64,000 bases of DNA from Promethearchaeota archaeon (GCA_016839555.1 JAEOUA010000006.1:64001-128000); one strand, 5' to 3'. Shown: positions 39,481-50,230, counted from the stretch's first letter. The notes: a model not told the origin generated them from the letters alone. Numbers and translations are program-made.

Positions 39481-41550
39481 TTATGACACCTCTGGAATTA
39501 ATAATATGAATTTACTTCCCTTAGAAAAATCATCCTTTACTCTATTTTCCACCCAAATAAACCCATTATAAGACTCTATAATTTTTTTTGTTAAAGATAA
39601 TCCTAAACCGCGTCCGTAATAAGTTCTATTTTCTTCAGCAGCTCTTAAAAATATCATTTCTTTTTTTTCATCTAAAATCCCTATTCCATTATCTATAAAT
39701 TCAAATTTAATAAAGGATTTATTATTTCTTTCTTCTTTAGATATTCTTATTAAGATTTCAATTATTTTAGAATCATTATGTTTTATAGCATTTATTAATA
39801 GATTTTCGAAAACATCTTCAAGAAATTCATTTGCCTGAATATAAATCTGGTTTGAGATAGTTTCTATTTCTATTTCAAGAGGTTTAATATGAGGGCTCTT
39901 TTTAATCCTTTTAATTATTGTATTCAGAATATTATAGGCATTTATTTTTTCTAATTCAAATTTTTCTTTTTCGAGTAATGAAAATTTATGTATATTTAAA
40001 ACTAATCTTGATCCTCTTTCTATTTGAATTTCAATAGTATTTAAATCCTCCAAAATATTGATTTCTTTTTCTAAGTCTTTAATATTGATCTTAATTAATT
40101 CCAAACCCGTTAAGATGGATTGCAGTATATTATTAATATCATGGGCAAAAAGATCTTTATAGAATTCCACTCGATTATATGCTTTTTTATATTTAATTTT
40201 TGATTTTTTTAATTTTTTCTCTGCTTGCTTTCTCCTTTTTTCGGACCTTATTTTTTGGACTCCAAAAGCTAAATTTTCCGCCAACTTTTCTAACAATTTT
40301 GACTCCTCAGCATAAAACGCATTTTCGAGTTTAGAGTATATGTTCAATGCCCCTATTGCTTCGTTATCTATGATTAAAGGGAGTGCAATTGATGATTTAT
40401 AACCACGTTTAATAGCATCTTCTCTCCAAGGTTCAAAAGAAGGATCCTCTAAAATATTCCTACAAATTATAGGTTTGGCTGTACGGATGGCTTTGCCTGT
40501 AGGACCTTTACCCTTGTCTGTTTCAGCCCAAGAAATATTGATAGCCTCTAAATAACCATCTTCAAATCCAGCCTTGGCAATGGGTACTACTGATTTAGAA
40601 ATATCTTCTTTTTTTAATCCAATCCAAGCTAAACAATACCCTCCTATTTCAATTATAATATCGCATATCTTTTGAAATAAGGCTGATTCATTATTAAATT
40701 GAATTAATTGAGAATTACATTCACTAAGCATCTTATATGCCCTATTGAGTCTATTTAATTCCCTTTTAACTTTAATTTTTTCAGTAAAATCTTCAATAGA
40801 AGCAACCATTCCATTAAAATTCTTATTCTTATCAAAAAGAGGGGCACCATTTACATTAAGAAATACCTTTTCTTTATTTGGTAATTCAATTGAGTATTTT
40901 ATATTATAAACAGTTTTTTTAGTTCGTTTTACAATAGAGAAAGGTAAATTTTCATCTGGAACAGTATTTCCTTCATAATCGGTGGGTCTCCATTCTGGTG
41001 AATTATAAGTCATATTAACAATTTCTTCCATTTTTAATCCTAAAATATCTTCGGCTTTTTTATTTGCAAAAATAATGTTGCCCTTCTTATTATAAACCGT
41101 AATACCTATCGGACTCGTATCAACAATTTTTGATTTGAGTTCTCTTTCAATTTTCAAATCCTGTATAAGTTGCTCACGATCTGTTATATCATCTCCAATA
41201 CTTAATATTGCATTAATCTCATTATTTTGATCCGTTATTATAGAATTCTTCCATAATATTATTCTTTCTAACCCTCCTCTCAAAAGTATTGGATAACTAT
41301 AGGTTTTAATTACTTGGGATTCACCTTGAATTATTTTCTCAAAAACCTTAATTAATTCCTCTCTTTTTCGCTTTGGAACAAAAGTTTCAAACCAGTTCTT
41401 TCCAATTACTTCTTTTATTTTATATCCAATTAATTCACATCCAAAGCTATTTAAAAAAACGATCTTTTTGTTATTGTCTATGATTACAATAATAGATTCA
41501 GAATTATCGAAATAATCTTTAAGAAGAGATGGTTCAATGTTGTCAGACAT
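39481..41550 (-). CDS. PAS-PAS-GAF sensor histidine kinase
   Basis: Two PAS/PAC units, GAF (GPTGKAIRT...SSIALPL), H-box FAHDINN, ENLLINAIKH, DNGIGI, GLGLSL. Confidence 0.93.
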   Translation of the reverse strand: MSDNIEPSLLKDYFDNSESIIVIIDNNKKIVFLNSFGCELIGYKIKEVIGKNWFETFVPKRKREELIKVFEKIIQGESQVIKTYSYPILLRGGLERIILWKNSIITDQNNEINAILSIGDDITDREQLIQDLKIERELKSKIVDTSPIGITVYNKKGNIIFANKKAEDILGLKMEEIVNMTYNSPEWRPTDYEGNTVPDENLPFSIVKRTKKTVYNIKYSIELPNKEKVFLNVNGAPLFDKNKNFNGMVASIEDFTEKIKVKRELNRLNRAYKMLSECNSQLIQFNNESALFQKICDIIIEIGGYCLAWIGLKKEDISKSVVPIAKAGFEDGYLEAINISWAETDKGKGPTGKAIRTAKPIICRNILEDPSFEPWREDAIKRGYKSSIALPLIIDNEAIGALNIYSKLENAFYAEESKLLEKLAENLAFGVQKIRSEKRRKQAEKKLKKSKIKYKKAYNRVEFYKDLFAHDINNILQSILTGLELIKINIKDLEKEINILEDLNTIEIQIERGSRLVLNIHKFSLLEKEKFELEKINAYNILNTIIKRIKKSPHIKPLEIEIETISNQIYIQANEFLEDVFENLLINAIKHNDSKIIEILIRISKEERNNKSFIKFEFIDNGIGILDEKKEMIFLRAAEENRTYYGRGLGLSLTKKIIESYNGFIWVENRVKDDFSKGSKFILLIPEVS

Positions 41551-41749
41551 TTAAGATCAACTATTTATTTTTTAGAATGTCCTTTGAAATTTTTCAATAA
41601 AATCAATGAAGATTAAATTATTTAAATTTGTTGTATAAGAATTGAGAAAAATATTATAGAAAAATGAAATAATTAAGATTTCTAAAAATAATTATTAAAT
41701 TTAAGATTAATAATTTTATATAAATATATTAATTGCTCACTTATTCAAA

Positions 41750-43279
41750 ATGTTAGACATCAAAAAGCTTTATGGTAAAATTGAACAAATTGTTGGTGCA
41801 GATTATCTTACGGATAAAGATTTTATGAAAGCGGCTTATTCTAGAAATGTGGACCCTGCCTTCCCCGATAGATGGCCAGATCTAATCATTCGCCCAGGTT
41901 CATCAGAGGAAGTATCAGAGATCGTAAAAATTGCTAATAAATATAAAATTAAAATGGTTCCCAGAGGAGGGGGAGCAGATTTAGTTGGGGGAGCTACCAC
42001 GGATGAAGGATTATTAATAGATCTAACACGAATGAACAATATATTAGAAATCAATGAAGATGATTTCTATTGTGTTGTAGAATGTGGAGTTACATGGGGT
42101 GGATTAATTTCAGAATTGTATAAAAAGGATCTGACTACAGGAGTGCTTGGTCCCGGAAGTGGATATTCTGCCACCGTAGGAGGCGCCCTTTCTAATAGTA
42201 CAGCCGGATTTGGATCCACTAAATATGGTTTGGTTCCAGATAATTGTCTTGGGGTGGAAGTGGTATTACCCAACGAAAAAGGAGATATTATTAAAACGGG
42301 TGCGGCATCAAATAAATATGCGGAACCAATATGTAGATATGGGGAATCGCCCGACTTCACAGGGTTATTTATGGGAGATGCGGGCATTTTAGGAATAAAA
42401 ACTAAAGCATACCTAAGAATATTTCCCAATTCTCCTTATAAGGTTCAGAGAAATTATATGCTGAAAAAGGACGATTATGATATCGTATTTAAATTGATGC
42501 ATCAACTGCAGCGTGAGGTCAGAGAAGGTATACACGATTTATATGTTAATCCCAGAGTCGTGGTACAAGTTCTCGCTGGTCAAGCAAAGAGAAAGCCAGA
42601 TAAAAGGGTACGGATTCGGGCTCCAGTCTTTATGTTTATTTTAGAGGCGTTTGACAAGCGCATTTTGGATGTCTATATTGAACAAGTGGATGAAATTATG
42701 GAACCTTATAGTCGTCCCTTCGAATGGCATGAAATTGATTTAGATGAACCGCTGGAGGAAGATTGGAAATTAACGTTAAAATTTCCTTATTCTTATTTTA
42801 ATAAATTTATAGCACTCGCCCCTCCGAAGATTTCTTGTACCACCTGTCATAAGCTTCCCATATCAAAAATGCAAGAAAAAAAGAAGCTTAGTGAGGAGTT
42901 TGATCAACAACACCGTCAAGAGTTTCCCACAGATAGTTTTTCTTTATTTGCTCGTTCTATTCATTTATTACCAAATGGACATTGTGTATTTGCGGGAGGA
43001 TTTAATGCCGAAAATGTAGATGAGGAGCGTGAACAAGCGATGCAGATTTGGCATAAAAAAGTGCGCTCCCAGGTTCGATATGGAGGAGTTCATTATTGGT
43101 TGGGGGAGTCTATTTCACAATCAATAGTAGAAGCAGATGCCTATAGTCCGGAATTCATCACATTTTTTAAAAATATAAAAAAAACGGTTGATCCACATTT
43201 TCTGTTGAGCCCTAATAAATTTCATATGCATAGCTATGAAGATGATATTACACAATATATTGAAAGGGATGAAGAATAG
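41750..43279 (+). CDS. FAD-binding oxidoreductase (GlcD/D-lactate dehydrogenase-like, VAO family)
   Basis: P...EEVSEIVK.A, PRGGG, IDL.RMN, ATVGG, G.LGI.T, K..VDP...L.P. Confidence 0.88.
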   Translation: MLDIKKLYGKIEQIVGADYLTDKDFMKAAYSRNVDPAFPDRWPDLIIRPGSSEEVSEIVKIANKYKIKMVPRGGGADLVGGATTDEGLLIDLTRMNNILEINEDDFYCVVECGVTWGGLISELYKKDLTTGVLGPGSGYSATVGGALSNSTAGFGSTKYGLVPDNCLGVEVVLPNEKGDIIKTGAASNKYAEPICRYGESPDFTGLFMGDAGILGIKTKAYLRIFPNSPYKVQRNYMLKKDDYDIVFKLMHQLQREVREGIHDLYVNPRVVVQVLAGQAKRKPDKRVRIRAPVFMFILEAFDKRILDVYIEQVDEIMEPYSRPFEWHEIDLDEPLEEDWKLTLKFPYSYFNKFIALAPPKISCTTCHKLPISKMQEKKKLSEEFDQQHRQEFPTDSFSLFARSIHLLPNGHCVFAGGFNAENVDEEREQAMQIWHKKVRSQVRYGGVHYWLGESISQSIVEADAYSPEFITFFKNIKKTVDPHFLLSPNKFHMHSYEDDITQYIERDEE

Positions 43280-44491
43280 GTGAAAAATATGACAGAAGCT
43301 AACACAAAAAAGGAATATAAATATTTAAGCGAATATGATAAAATGCTTATGATTTGTATAAGTTGTGGAGATTGTAGAGAAGCTACCGATATTACCTTAA
43401 ATCCTCCAAGAGTAGGTGTGTGCCCTGTTAAAGATCATACTTCTGGGTTTGAACCATATTTTGGAAGAGGGAAAATGCAAATTATCAGATCTGTATGGCA
43501 AGGTAAACTACAATTAAGTAAGGAGTTATCTGAGGTGTTTTTACAATGTCCTACCTGTAATGCATGCGCGGAAGCGTGTGTATATGATATGGATAATACC
43601 TCTATTTATGAAGCTCTACGAGCAGAATTGTGGGCTGAAGGTTATGCTTTGGAATCTCACGATGAGATGAATGAAGCGATGATTACATTGCTTAATCCTT
43701 ACCAAAGAGATAATAAACTTAAGAAAGATTGGATGGACATGATTGACTTTTCCATTAAAGATGCCAGTAGTCAGCCAGCAGAGGTACTTTTCTATGTGGG
43801 ATGTACTGCAGCCCTTACTCCAGAAATCCGTAATGTTGCAGTTCATACTGCCCAAATCTTAAAAAAATTGGATATTGATTTTTCCGTTTTTGGTGAAAAT
43901 GAAGTGTGCTGTGGGAGTGTAGCAATGAGAACGGGAAATCGCGAGGCATTTAATATAGTAGCGAAAAAAAATTATGAACTTTTCAAACAGAGCGGAGTAA
44001 AAACTATCATTACCAGTTGCGCGGGATGTTATCGAACTCTCAAACTTGATTATCAAGAGATACTTAAAGATTTGAATATAGAGATATTACATACAATCGA
44101 ATTTCTATATCGTATTATCAAGGAAAAACATATAAAATTAAAAAATCTTGGACTCAAGACAACTTATCACGACCCATGCCATACTGGAAGACACGTAGGA
44201 ATTTATGAAGAGCCTAGATTTCTATTACAACAAATGGCAAATTTGACCGAAATGGATACAATTAAGGAAAATGCAAAATGTTGCGGAGCGGGAGGAGGCG
44301 TTAAAAAAGCATTTCCCGAATTGGCATTAGAAATAGCAAAAAGTAGAGTGAAAGAGGCAGAAGAAACAGGAGCAGACTATTTAGTAAGTATCTGTCCATT
44401 TTGTTATAGAAACCTAAATGATGCTATAACGGCATTAAGTTCTAAATTAAAAATGATAGATCTTACCGAATTATTAGATCAAGCATTATAA
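43280..44491 (+). CDS. Fe-S oxidoreductase, GlcF/HdrD-like (CCG domains)
   Basis: CISCGDC, CPTCNACAEAC, CCG, SCAGC, YHDPCH, CCGAGGG, CPFC. Confidence 0.9.
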   Translation: MKNMTEANTKKEYKYLSEYDKMLMICISCGDCREATDITLNPPRVGVCPVKDHTSGFEPYFGRGKMQIIRSVWQGKLQLSKELSEVFLQCPTCNACAEACVYDMDNTSIYEALRAELWAEGYALESHDEMNEAMITLLNPYQRDNKLKKDWMDMIDFSIKDASSQPAEVLFYVGCTAALTPEIRNVAVHTAQILKKLDIDFSVFGENEVCCGSVAMRTGNREAFNIVAKKNYELFKQSGVKTIITSCAGCYRTLKLDYQEILKDLNIEILHTIEFLYRIIKEKHIKLKNLGLKTTYHDPCHTGRHVGIYEEPRFLLQQMANLTEMDTIKENAKCCGAGGGVKKAFPELALEIAKSRVKEAEETGADYLVSICPFCYRNLNDAITALSSKLKMIDLTELLDQAL

Positions 44492-44566
44492 AATGTGGTA
44501 TTTAATCCAATAAAAAATTAAAATTATTTAACTTCAAACATTAAATTATAAATAAAGAATTTGTAG

Positions 44567-45376
44567 GTGAAGAATATTTCTTTTAAAAGAGACCGTGAAG
44601 AGATTGCACTAAAGAAAAAAAAATTAAGAACAACAGAATTTCATGATGCTGAAATGCTGACAGTTCTGTGGGAAACTAAAACCGAGATTGTTAAGAGAGT
44701 TTTACCTCCCCCACTTAACCCCCTTAAAAGACCCATCGCTCTTGCATTTATAGCTCATTATCCTAATACTAATCAAGGATTACCGTATAATGAAGGAGCA
44801 CTTATGATAAGATGTGAATATAATGGCGAATTTGGGAATTATTATCTAGCAATGCCCGTTACAGATGATAGAGCTTTATTAGGAGGGAGAGAAATCTTTG
44901 GATTTCCCAAAAAAATGGCAAAGGTGCATTTAGAACGTAACAATGATGAAGTTTATGGATATGCTGAACGATTAGGGGTAAAAAATATTGAAATTAGGGC
45001 ACATTTAGGGGTACCATTCAATGAGCCAGAAACTCCCCAATTAATTAAAGTCCTTGGATTACTTCCTGGTAGAAATAAAAATACCATAAATTATAATTTT
45101 AAATATTTTCCCGCACCCAATAAAGAAGGATTTGATTATAATCCGTGGTTAGTGAAACAAGAAACAGCCGTCCGTCCTAAATCAATGGAAACAGGAAGAG
45201 CGGAAATCACTTTAAGGTCAAGTGTTCACGATCCGTGGGGTGAAATTGAAATTGAAACTGTTTTTGGGGCATTATATCTTAAAACCGATAATACGATGTA
45301 TCCAGGTCAAAAAATCAGCGAAGTTGATACAGAGGAGTTTTTACCATATAGTTTTATAAACTGGGACTGGTATTAG
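44567..45376 (+). CDS. Acetoacetate decarboxylase family protein
   Basis: LPPPL, Y.E.A, GREIFGFPKK (Schiff-base Lys motif), S..DPW. Confidence 0.85.
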   Translation: MKNISFKRDREEIALKKKKLRTTEFHDAEMLTVLWETKTEIVKRVLPPPLNPLKRPIALAFIAHYPNTNQGLPYNEGALMIRCEYNGEFGNYYLAMPVTDDRALLGGREIFGFPKKMAKVHLERNNDEVYGYAERLGVKNIEIRAHLGVPFNEPETPQLIKVLGLLPGRNKNTINYNFKYFPAPNKEGFDYNPWLVKQETAVRPKSMETGRAEITLRSSVHDPWGEIEIETVFGALYLKTDNTMYPGQKISEVDTEEFLPYSFINWDWY

Positions 45377-45548
45377 TCTCACTTCCTCGTCTTGAAAATA
45401 AAGCAAACCATATTCTATTAGTGAAAGGGTTTGATTTTGAAGGAAAGGTGTATTAATAGTTTTATCATTGTGTATAAAATCCTTCTAAAAACTATTAAGA
45501 TTCAATAAAAATAGGAAAATAAAAATAAATAGAAAAAAAAACTTTTGA

Positions 45549-45833
45549 TTAACCTATAAGTTTTAGTGATGCTTTACGGATATCTCCAGCCATTACACGC
45601 TTTCTTTTATCAGCATTACAGATCTTAATTGCTTTTTTTGTTGTCGCAACCGCTGTTTTTTCTAAAAAGTTGATTAATTGATCAAGTGCCTCAGCAGCTA
45701 CTAGATCTGCCCCCACTTTCTTCATTAATCTTCTAATGGGTGCTTTTGCCATATAAGATTCTCCCTTTTTCTTAGCTGGTGCTTTCTTTTTAGCTGGTGC
45801 TGCCTTCTTTGCTGGAGCTTTTTTTTTAGCCAT
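45549..45833 (-). CDS. Archaeal histone with Lys/Ala/Pro-rich N-terminal tail
   Basis: Histone fold APIRRLMKKVGA..V...A...KRKRV.A.DI; tail MAKKKAPAKKAAPAKKKAPAKKKG; GGAGG SD upstream. Confidence 0.9.
   Translation of the reverse strand: MAKKKAPAKKAAPAKKKAPAKKKGESYMAKAPIRRLMKKVGADLVAAEALDQLINFLEKTAVATTKKAIKICNADKRKRVMAGDIRKASLKLIG
45762..45830 (-). repeat. Tandem imperfect repeat encoding (A)PAKK(K/A) in the histone tail
   Basis: Three APAKK units, with a matching nucleotide repeat (gctggtgc/gctggagc on the + strand). Confidence 0.75.
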
Positions 45834-46267
45834 AATATTAATCCTCCATTATTTTTTTAATTTTCATTAAGAAAATATTACGTTATGGTTTGAATATAAC
45901 TAACACATTACTACTATTTAAACGTTCTGTTTTTCAATTAAAAAATTCAGCTATTATCTTCTAAGATTAAAAAATAGAAAATTTTCTCTTAAAACTATTT
46001 TGCCGATAAAAAAAATATATCTAATTTTTCTAAGCTATAATATAAACTAATCAAATATGTTTTCTAGGAAGGGTTTTGAACAAAATTCAAACTTACTCAG
46101 AGGATGGAGAAAATTTGCCCATTCATATAAATAACTCTATAAATAAGCCAGTTCAACAAAATAATTAGAAAATTAATCAATAAATTTGCTTTAAAAAATA
46201 ATAAATGAAGGAAATCAACCTTCCTTCTTGTAAATGGGTATTATTTTTCTATAAAAAAAAATATCAA

Positions 46268-46690
46268 TCATTTAATAACATCTGTTATAAAACAAGTTTC
46301 TACTATTTTGACCCCTTCAATTTGTGAGACTTTTTGCTCTATTAATGGATTAAATTGCTCTATGGCAGGTATTTCTACAATTATAAACAAACCACAATCA
46401 CCTGAAAGCCTCCAAATATCTGTAATCTCTTCTATATTCCTTAATTCCTTCATAATGCCTTTTATTTCCTTGTAATCGGGTTCTATTTTGATGGTGGCCC
46501 TTATTTTAGCCTTTTGGTCAATCTCATAATTAATGGTAAATTTTTTGATAATATTTTTTTTTAACAATCTCTTAACCCTTCGTCTCACAGTAGCTTCAGT
46601 ACGACCAACAATTTCTCCAATATCTCTAAAAGACTGTCTTCCATCCTTATTTAATTCCTCTAAGATCCGTTTATCGATGGCGTCTATCAT
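46268..46690 (-). CDS. Lrp/AsnC family transcriptional regulator
   Basis: D.ID..IL.EL.KDGR.SF..I...VG.TEATVRRRV..L; C-terminal RAM domain. Confidence 0.92.
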   Translation of the reverse strand: MIDAIDKRILEELNKDGRQSFRDIGEIVGRTEATVRRRVKRLLKKNIIKKFTINYEIDQKAKIRATIKIEPDYKEIKGIMKELRNIEEITDIWRLSGDCGLFIIVEIPAIEQFNPLIEQKVSQIEGVKIVETCFITDVIK

Positions 46691-47094
46691 TTTAAGCTCC
46701 CTTTTTTCTAATTACCCGATCTATTTTGATCATTATATTTAATAAATAAGAAATATCATTAATTAATTTTTTCGGTTTTTTATAGATTTTAATAATTTAT
46801 GTATTAAAGTTACGACTTTTAATAGAAAAATCGAAATGAAATGTTAAGATTATATAATTTAAAATGGTTTTTAAATAAAAATAATAATTCATAGTATCAT
46901 AGTTCTTTCATGGAGTATAGTTATTAAATCAATTTGTCGGAAAAATTAAAGTGAAGTAGTTATTTTCAAAAAGAAATTACTATATTCTTTTATTTTTTAT
47001 CACTACAATTATGAATTGGATTAATGTAGATCACAAAAAAGATAATTTAATTATTTATATAGCAATTTTGTTTATGTCATTGATGATATATTTA

Positions 47095-47811
47095 CTAAAT
47101 TGTTTTGTTTTTCCACCAAAAAGGAGCTTCTACTAATTTTAAATGATCAAAATCAAATAATAGGATATCATTTCCCTGTAGGGTAAATACAAACCCGCTG
47201 AGATAAGACGGCCACTTATCTATGGGCAACCCAAACCAGCCTAATCTTAAAATTGATAAAATAAGGTCGTGGGTAACATGAATATCAATACATTTTTTCG
47301 ATCCTTTCTCTACTTCATTCCAAATAATATCTGCTGATTTTTTAGCATACTCTTGGATAGGTGGGATCATATCAGAAGGATATAAGCCGGCCACCCATCG
47401 ATGTACCAATTGTTCTAATGGATATTTAGTTGCTTCTCTATAAAAATCTTCTGGAGAAATATCAATATCATATAAAATATTTAAAGGTCCTATTATCTCT
47501 GCGGAGTTTGGACTATGATTATATCCGTTGAAGATGCTTACGGCTGTTTGCTTACATCTTTCTATTTTACTATAATATAATCGAATAGGTCGATCTTTAG
47601 GAAGATGCTCTCCAAAAAATTCTGCAAACTTATGTCCAATTGGAGTGAGCAAGTCTTTCGGATGATCCCGTATATTTTTTGAATCATATCGGTGTGAATG
47701 TCTAATGACCATAATCAATTTATTTTCTTTAGGAAGTTGATTGATTCCCTTTAATAATTGATAAGCTAGTTTAGTCCATTCACTTTGTTCCCAGATGTTT
47801 TTTTCCAACAT
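47095..47811 (-). CDS. Histidine phosphatase superfamily protein
   Basis: IRHS, LT..G, S...RC.QTA, VTHD. Confidence 0.8.
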   Translation of the reverse strand: MLEKNIWEQSEWTKLAYQLLKGINQLPKENKLIMVIRHSHRYDSKNIRDHPKDLLTPIGHKFAEFFGEHLPKDRPIRLYYSKIERCKQTAVSIFNGYNHSPNSAEIIGPLNILYDIDISPEDFYREATKYPLEQLVHRWVAGLYPSDMIPPIQEYAKKSADIIWNEVEKGSKKCIDIHVTHDLILSILRLGWFGLPIDKWPSYLSGFVFTLQGNDILLFDFDHLKLVEAPFWWKNKTI

Positions 47812-47987
47812 AATTATATACTTTTTTTTCTAAATAAATTAAAAGGTTTCTTCTATTTTCATATTCCTATATCTTACTATTCAAAATTAAAATTCTTTAA
47901 AAAAGAACATCATTAGAAAATATATAGAATTATTTTTAGAAATATGATGATTAAGAATCTAAAATTTTTATTTAAAACGATGTAAAT

Positions 47988-48098
47988 TTATATTTGTAAA
48001 TTATAATTATAGAACTGAAATGGGCAATAAAATATATCTGAGATAAAAATCTTTCCTTTTTTTCCGCATGAAGGACAAATAATTTGAACCTCCACCAA
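47988..48098 (-). pseudogene. Short CxxC-containing ORF, probable 5' remnant of a larger gene
   Basis: TTG/GTG start 3 nt after the upstream stop; VEVQIICPSCGKKGKIFIS, then loses coding character. Confidence 0.3.
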
Positions 48099-48101
48099 CC
48101 G

Positions 48102-48872
48102 TTAAATTGCCAGCTCCTTATTTATTTTTTTTTTTATTAAAATCTTTTCTAACCAGCTGGGTAGAAAGAAACCAAAATAATATTCAATAGCCGCAATAAT
48201 AAGAACAATTCTCAAGATCGCTTGAAGAATTTTATTTCCAAAGCTAAAAACATCAATGGCGGCAGCAACCACAAAAGTGATAAATCCTATTAATAGAAAC
48301 CTCCCTTTCCAGCGAATGGTTAAATTATCTGAGTTTAATGATTCTTTACTGAATAATATAGCAAATACAAAAGCTGTTGCTATGAAAAATACTAAAGCTA
48401 TAATTGTAAATAAGCTTCTACTATAAGAAAATCCATCAAAAGGTATTCCCTTAGCAGCAATGAATTCATAATTAATAAAGAGTAACACTAATAAAACTAC
48501 TTCATATCCCCCGCAAATCACTCCAAAAAGTATTGTCAATTTCTTCTTTAAATGAGGAAAATTAAGCTCACCTATGGAATAGATCCAGCAAAATAAACCA
48601 ACAGCATTAAACGCAGTCATAAAAAAAACATACAATAAAGGATCTAATATATAATTAAACAGCAGAATTGTGATAAAACTTATTGCTAATGGCCACCAAG
48701 AGGAGCTTATAAAAATCCAAGTTAGACCAACCGTGATTAATTCTTTTCGTTTTAATTGAAAATATTTAAATAGAATTCGAAAGCCCACAATGAATGAAAT
48801 TATTATAAACACTAAGGTACAACTGGCTCTTATAATATCTAAACTTGTCAAATCATTAATAGTTTTATACAT
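48102..48872 (-). CDS. Uncharacterised 7-TM membrane protein
   Basis: About seven hydrophobic helices; ends Y.GF.LP; no retinal-binding Lys in helix 7. Confidence 0.7.
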   Translation of the reverse strand: MYKTINDLTSLDIIRASCTLVFIIISFIVGFRILFKYFQLKRKELITVGLTWIFISSSWWPLAISFITILLFNYILDPLLYVFFMTAFNAVGLFCWIYSIGELNFPHLKKKLTILFGVICGGYEVVLLVLLFINYEFIAAKGIPFDGFSYSRSLFTIIALVFFIATAFVFAILFSKESLNSDNLTIRWKGRFLLIGFITFVVAAAIDVFSFGNKILQAILRIVLIIAAIEYYFGFFLPSWLEKILIKKKINKELAI

Positions 48873-49030
48873 AAATATCCCTTATAATATAATTATATAT
48901 AACATAGACCTAATCTATTTAAAGTTTTTCAAAACGTATTCCAGTTAGAGGACTAAGATTAATCTAACAGAAAATTAAATTTATATTTATGAAAATAACT
49001 TAGATTTAATTAGCGTAGGATTTATAGATC

Positions 49031-49975
49031 TTATTCTATTATATTTTTAATCTTTTCTGCTAAACTTGGTATATATTCATAGGCGCGATCTCTTATTTTT
49101 TCATTCAGGCATAATGTCATTAAATAGACGCTCCCATAATCCTCGATATTTATTCTTTTCATGAAAATGATGCCTCTTTTCCTTTTTTTGGCTTTTCCAT
49201 CCTTAATAAGCACATTCATAATACTATCTTCTGTTTTTACATCCCATCTATTTAATCGATCCATCACTTTAGACAAGTCTGGAACTATATCTGTGCAGAA
49301 ATTTAAATATTGTTCCTCAGTAGCTCTACTCGCTAGGAATAAGTAACTCTCACTTAACAATACGGCAGCACTACTCCACGTTTGTTTGGTATAGTCCTTG
49401 AGAATTTTTTCCAATAACTCTCCCTTGCCAGTCTTTCGAATAATTGAAAAGGAAAAAGCTTTAATAAGATTCGAACCATCATAGATAGAGCTAGGATAAA
49501 ATGTAATAGTGAAATCTAATGTTAAAGATTTTATTTTATCTTTAAGGTATTCTATATTGTTTAAGTATTTTTCAGAATCTTGGATCTCTGGATCATATTT
49601 ATGTAAAAAAATTACTAAATCTTTTAATTCAGGATTATATTCTCGGACCAATTTCGCTAAATTGGCTAAATAATTAATAGAAATCTCATATCTTTGTTCA
49701 TCTTGAATATCAATCACATAAAAAAATCCACTTAAATTGGAAAAATAAATCTCTTTATTTTCTAAATATTCACTTCTATATTGTTTTTGACCACCTAAGT
49801 CCCAAATTGAGAATTTAAGCCCAAGGATATCTACTGATTGAGTAATTATATTAGCAGATTTAGTCGGTCTTAATTTTCTAATAAGGTTAAATTTCCGATC
49901 TAAATAGAGTACTATCGAACTTTTTCCTGCATTATCTAAACCAAGAATAGATATCTTTTTTTGCTCCTCGCTCAT
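49031..49975 (-). CDS. Arf/Rag-like small GTPase with C-terminal roadblock/longin-like domain
   Basis: GLDNAGKSS, PT, WDLGGQ, YVID, HKYD, SSIYD; ~130-aa C-terminal alpha/beta domain. Confidence 0.85.
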   Translation of the reverse strand: MSEEQKKISILGLDNAGKSSIVLYLDRKFNLIRKLRPTKSANIITQSVDILGLKFSIWDLGGQKQYRSEYLENKEIYFSNLSGFFYVIDIQDEQRYEISINYLANLAKLVREYNPELKDLVIFLHKYDPEIQDSEKYLNNIEYLKDKIKSLTLDFTITFYPSSIYDGSNLIKAFSFSIIRKTGKGELLEKILKDYTKQTWSSAAVLLSESYLFLASRATEEQYLNFCTDIVPDLSKVMDRLNRWDVKTEDSIMNVLIKDGKAKKRKRGIIFMKRINIEDYGSVYLMTLCLNEKIRDRAYEYIPSLAEKIKNIIE

Positions 49976-50230
49976 TTTTATTCACTGCTTGTATATAATT
50001 TAAATAGTTAATAAAATAATGGCATTATCTATTATTAAATAATAAGAATTTACCAATTATTAGATAAATAAAACACTTAATAGTTCTTTTCATATTAACA
50101 AAAGCTACTATTAATAAGAATGTTATATATTATTTTTATTAATTCAGATCTCTTATTTATGGAATAAGTAAGATAAAAAATGCTTTTCTTTCTTTTCAAT
50201 AAGAGTTTCATTATTTCTATTATTTACAAT

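Noticed and set aside
29648-39483. Genome-wide TAA recoding, suggested by two in-frame continuations past TAA
   Set aside because: TAA terminates most intact genes in the window at the expected positions
45382-45447. Hairpin after the acetoacetate decarboxylase gene with TGA/GA juxtaposition, resembling a SECIS or kink-turn
   Set aside because: Upstream genes have no in-frame TGA, and the core is TTGA with a non-standard bulge; more likely a terminator-region structure or chance
48102-48872. 7-TM protein as a rhodopsin that could use the carotenoids
   Set aside because: No Lys in helix 7, no DxxxK or helix-3 rhodopsin motifs, and no blh/brp retinal-forming gene in the window
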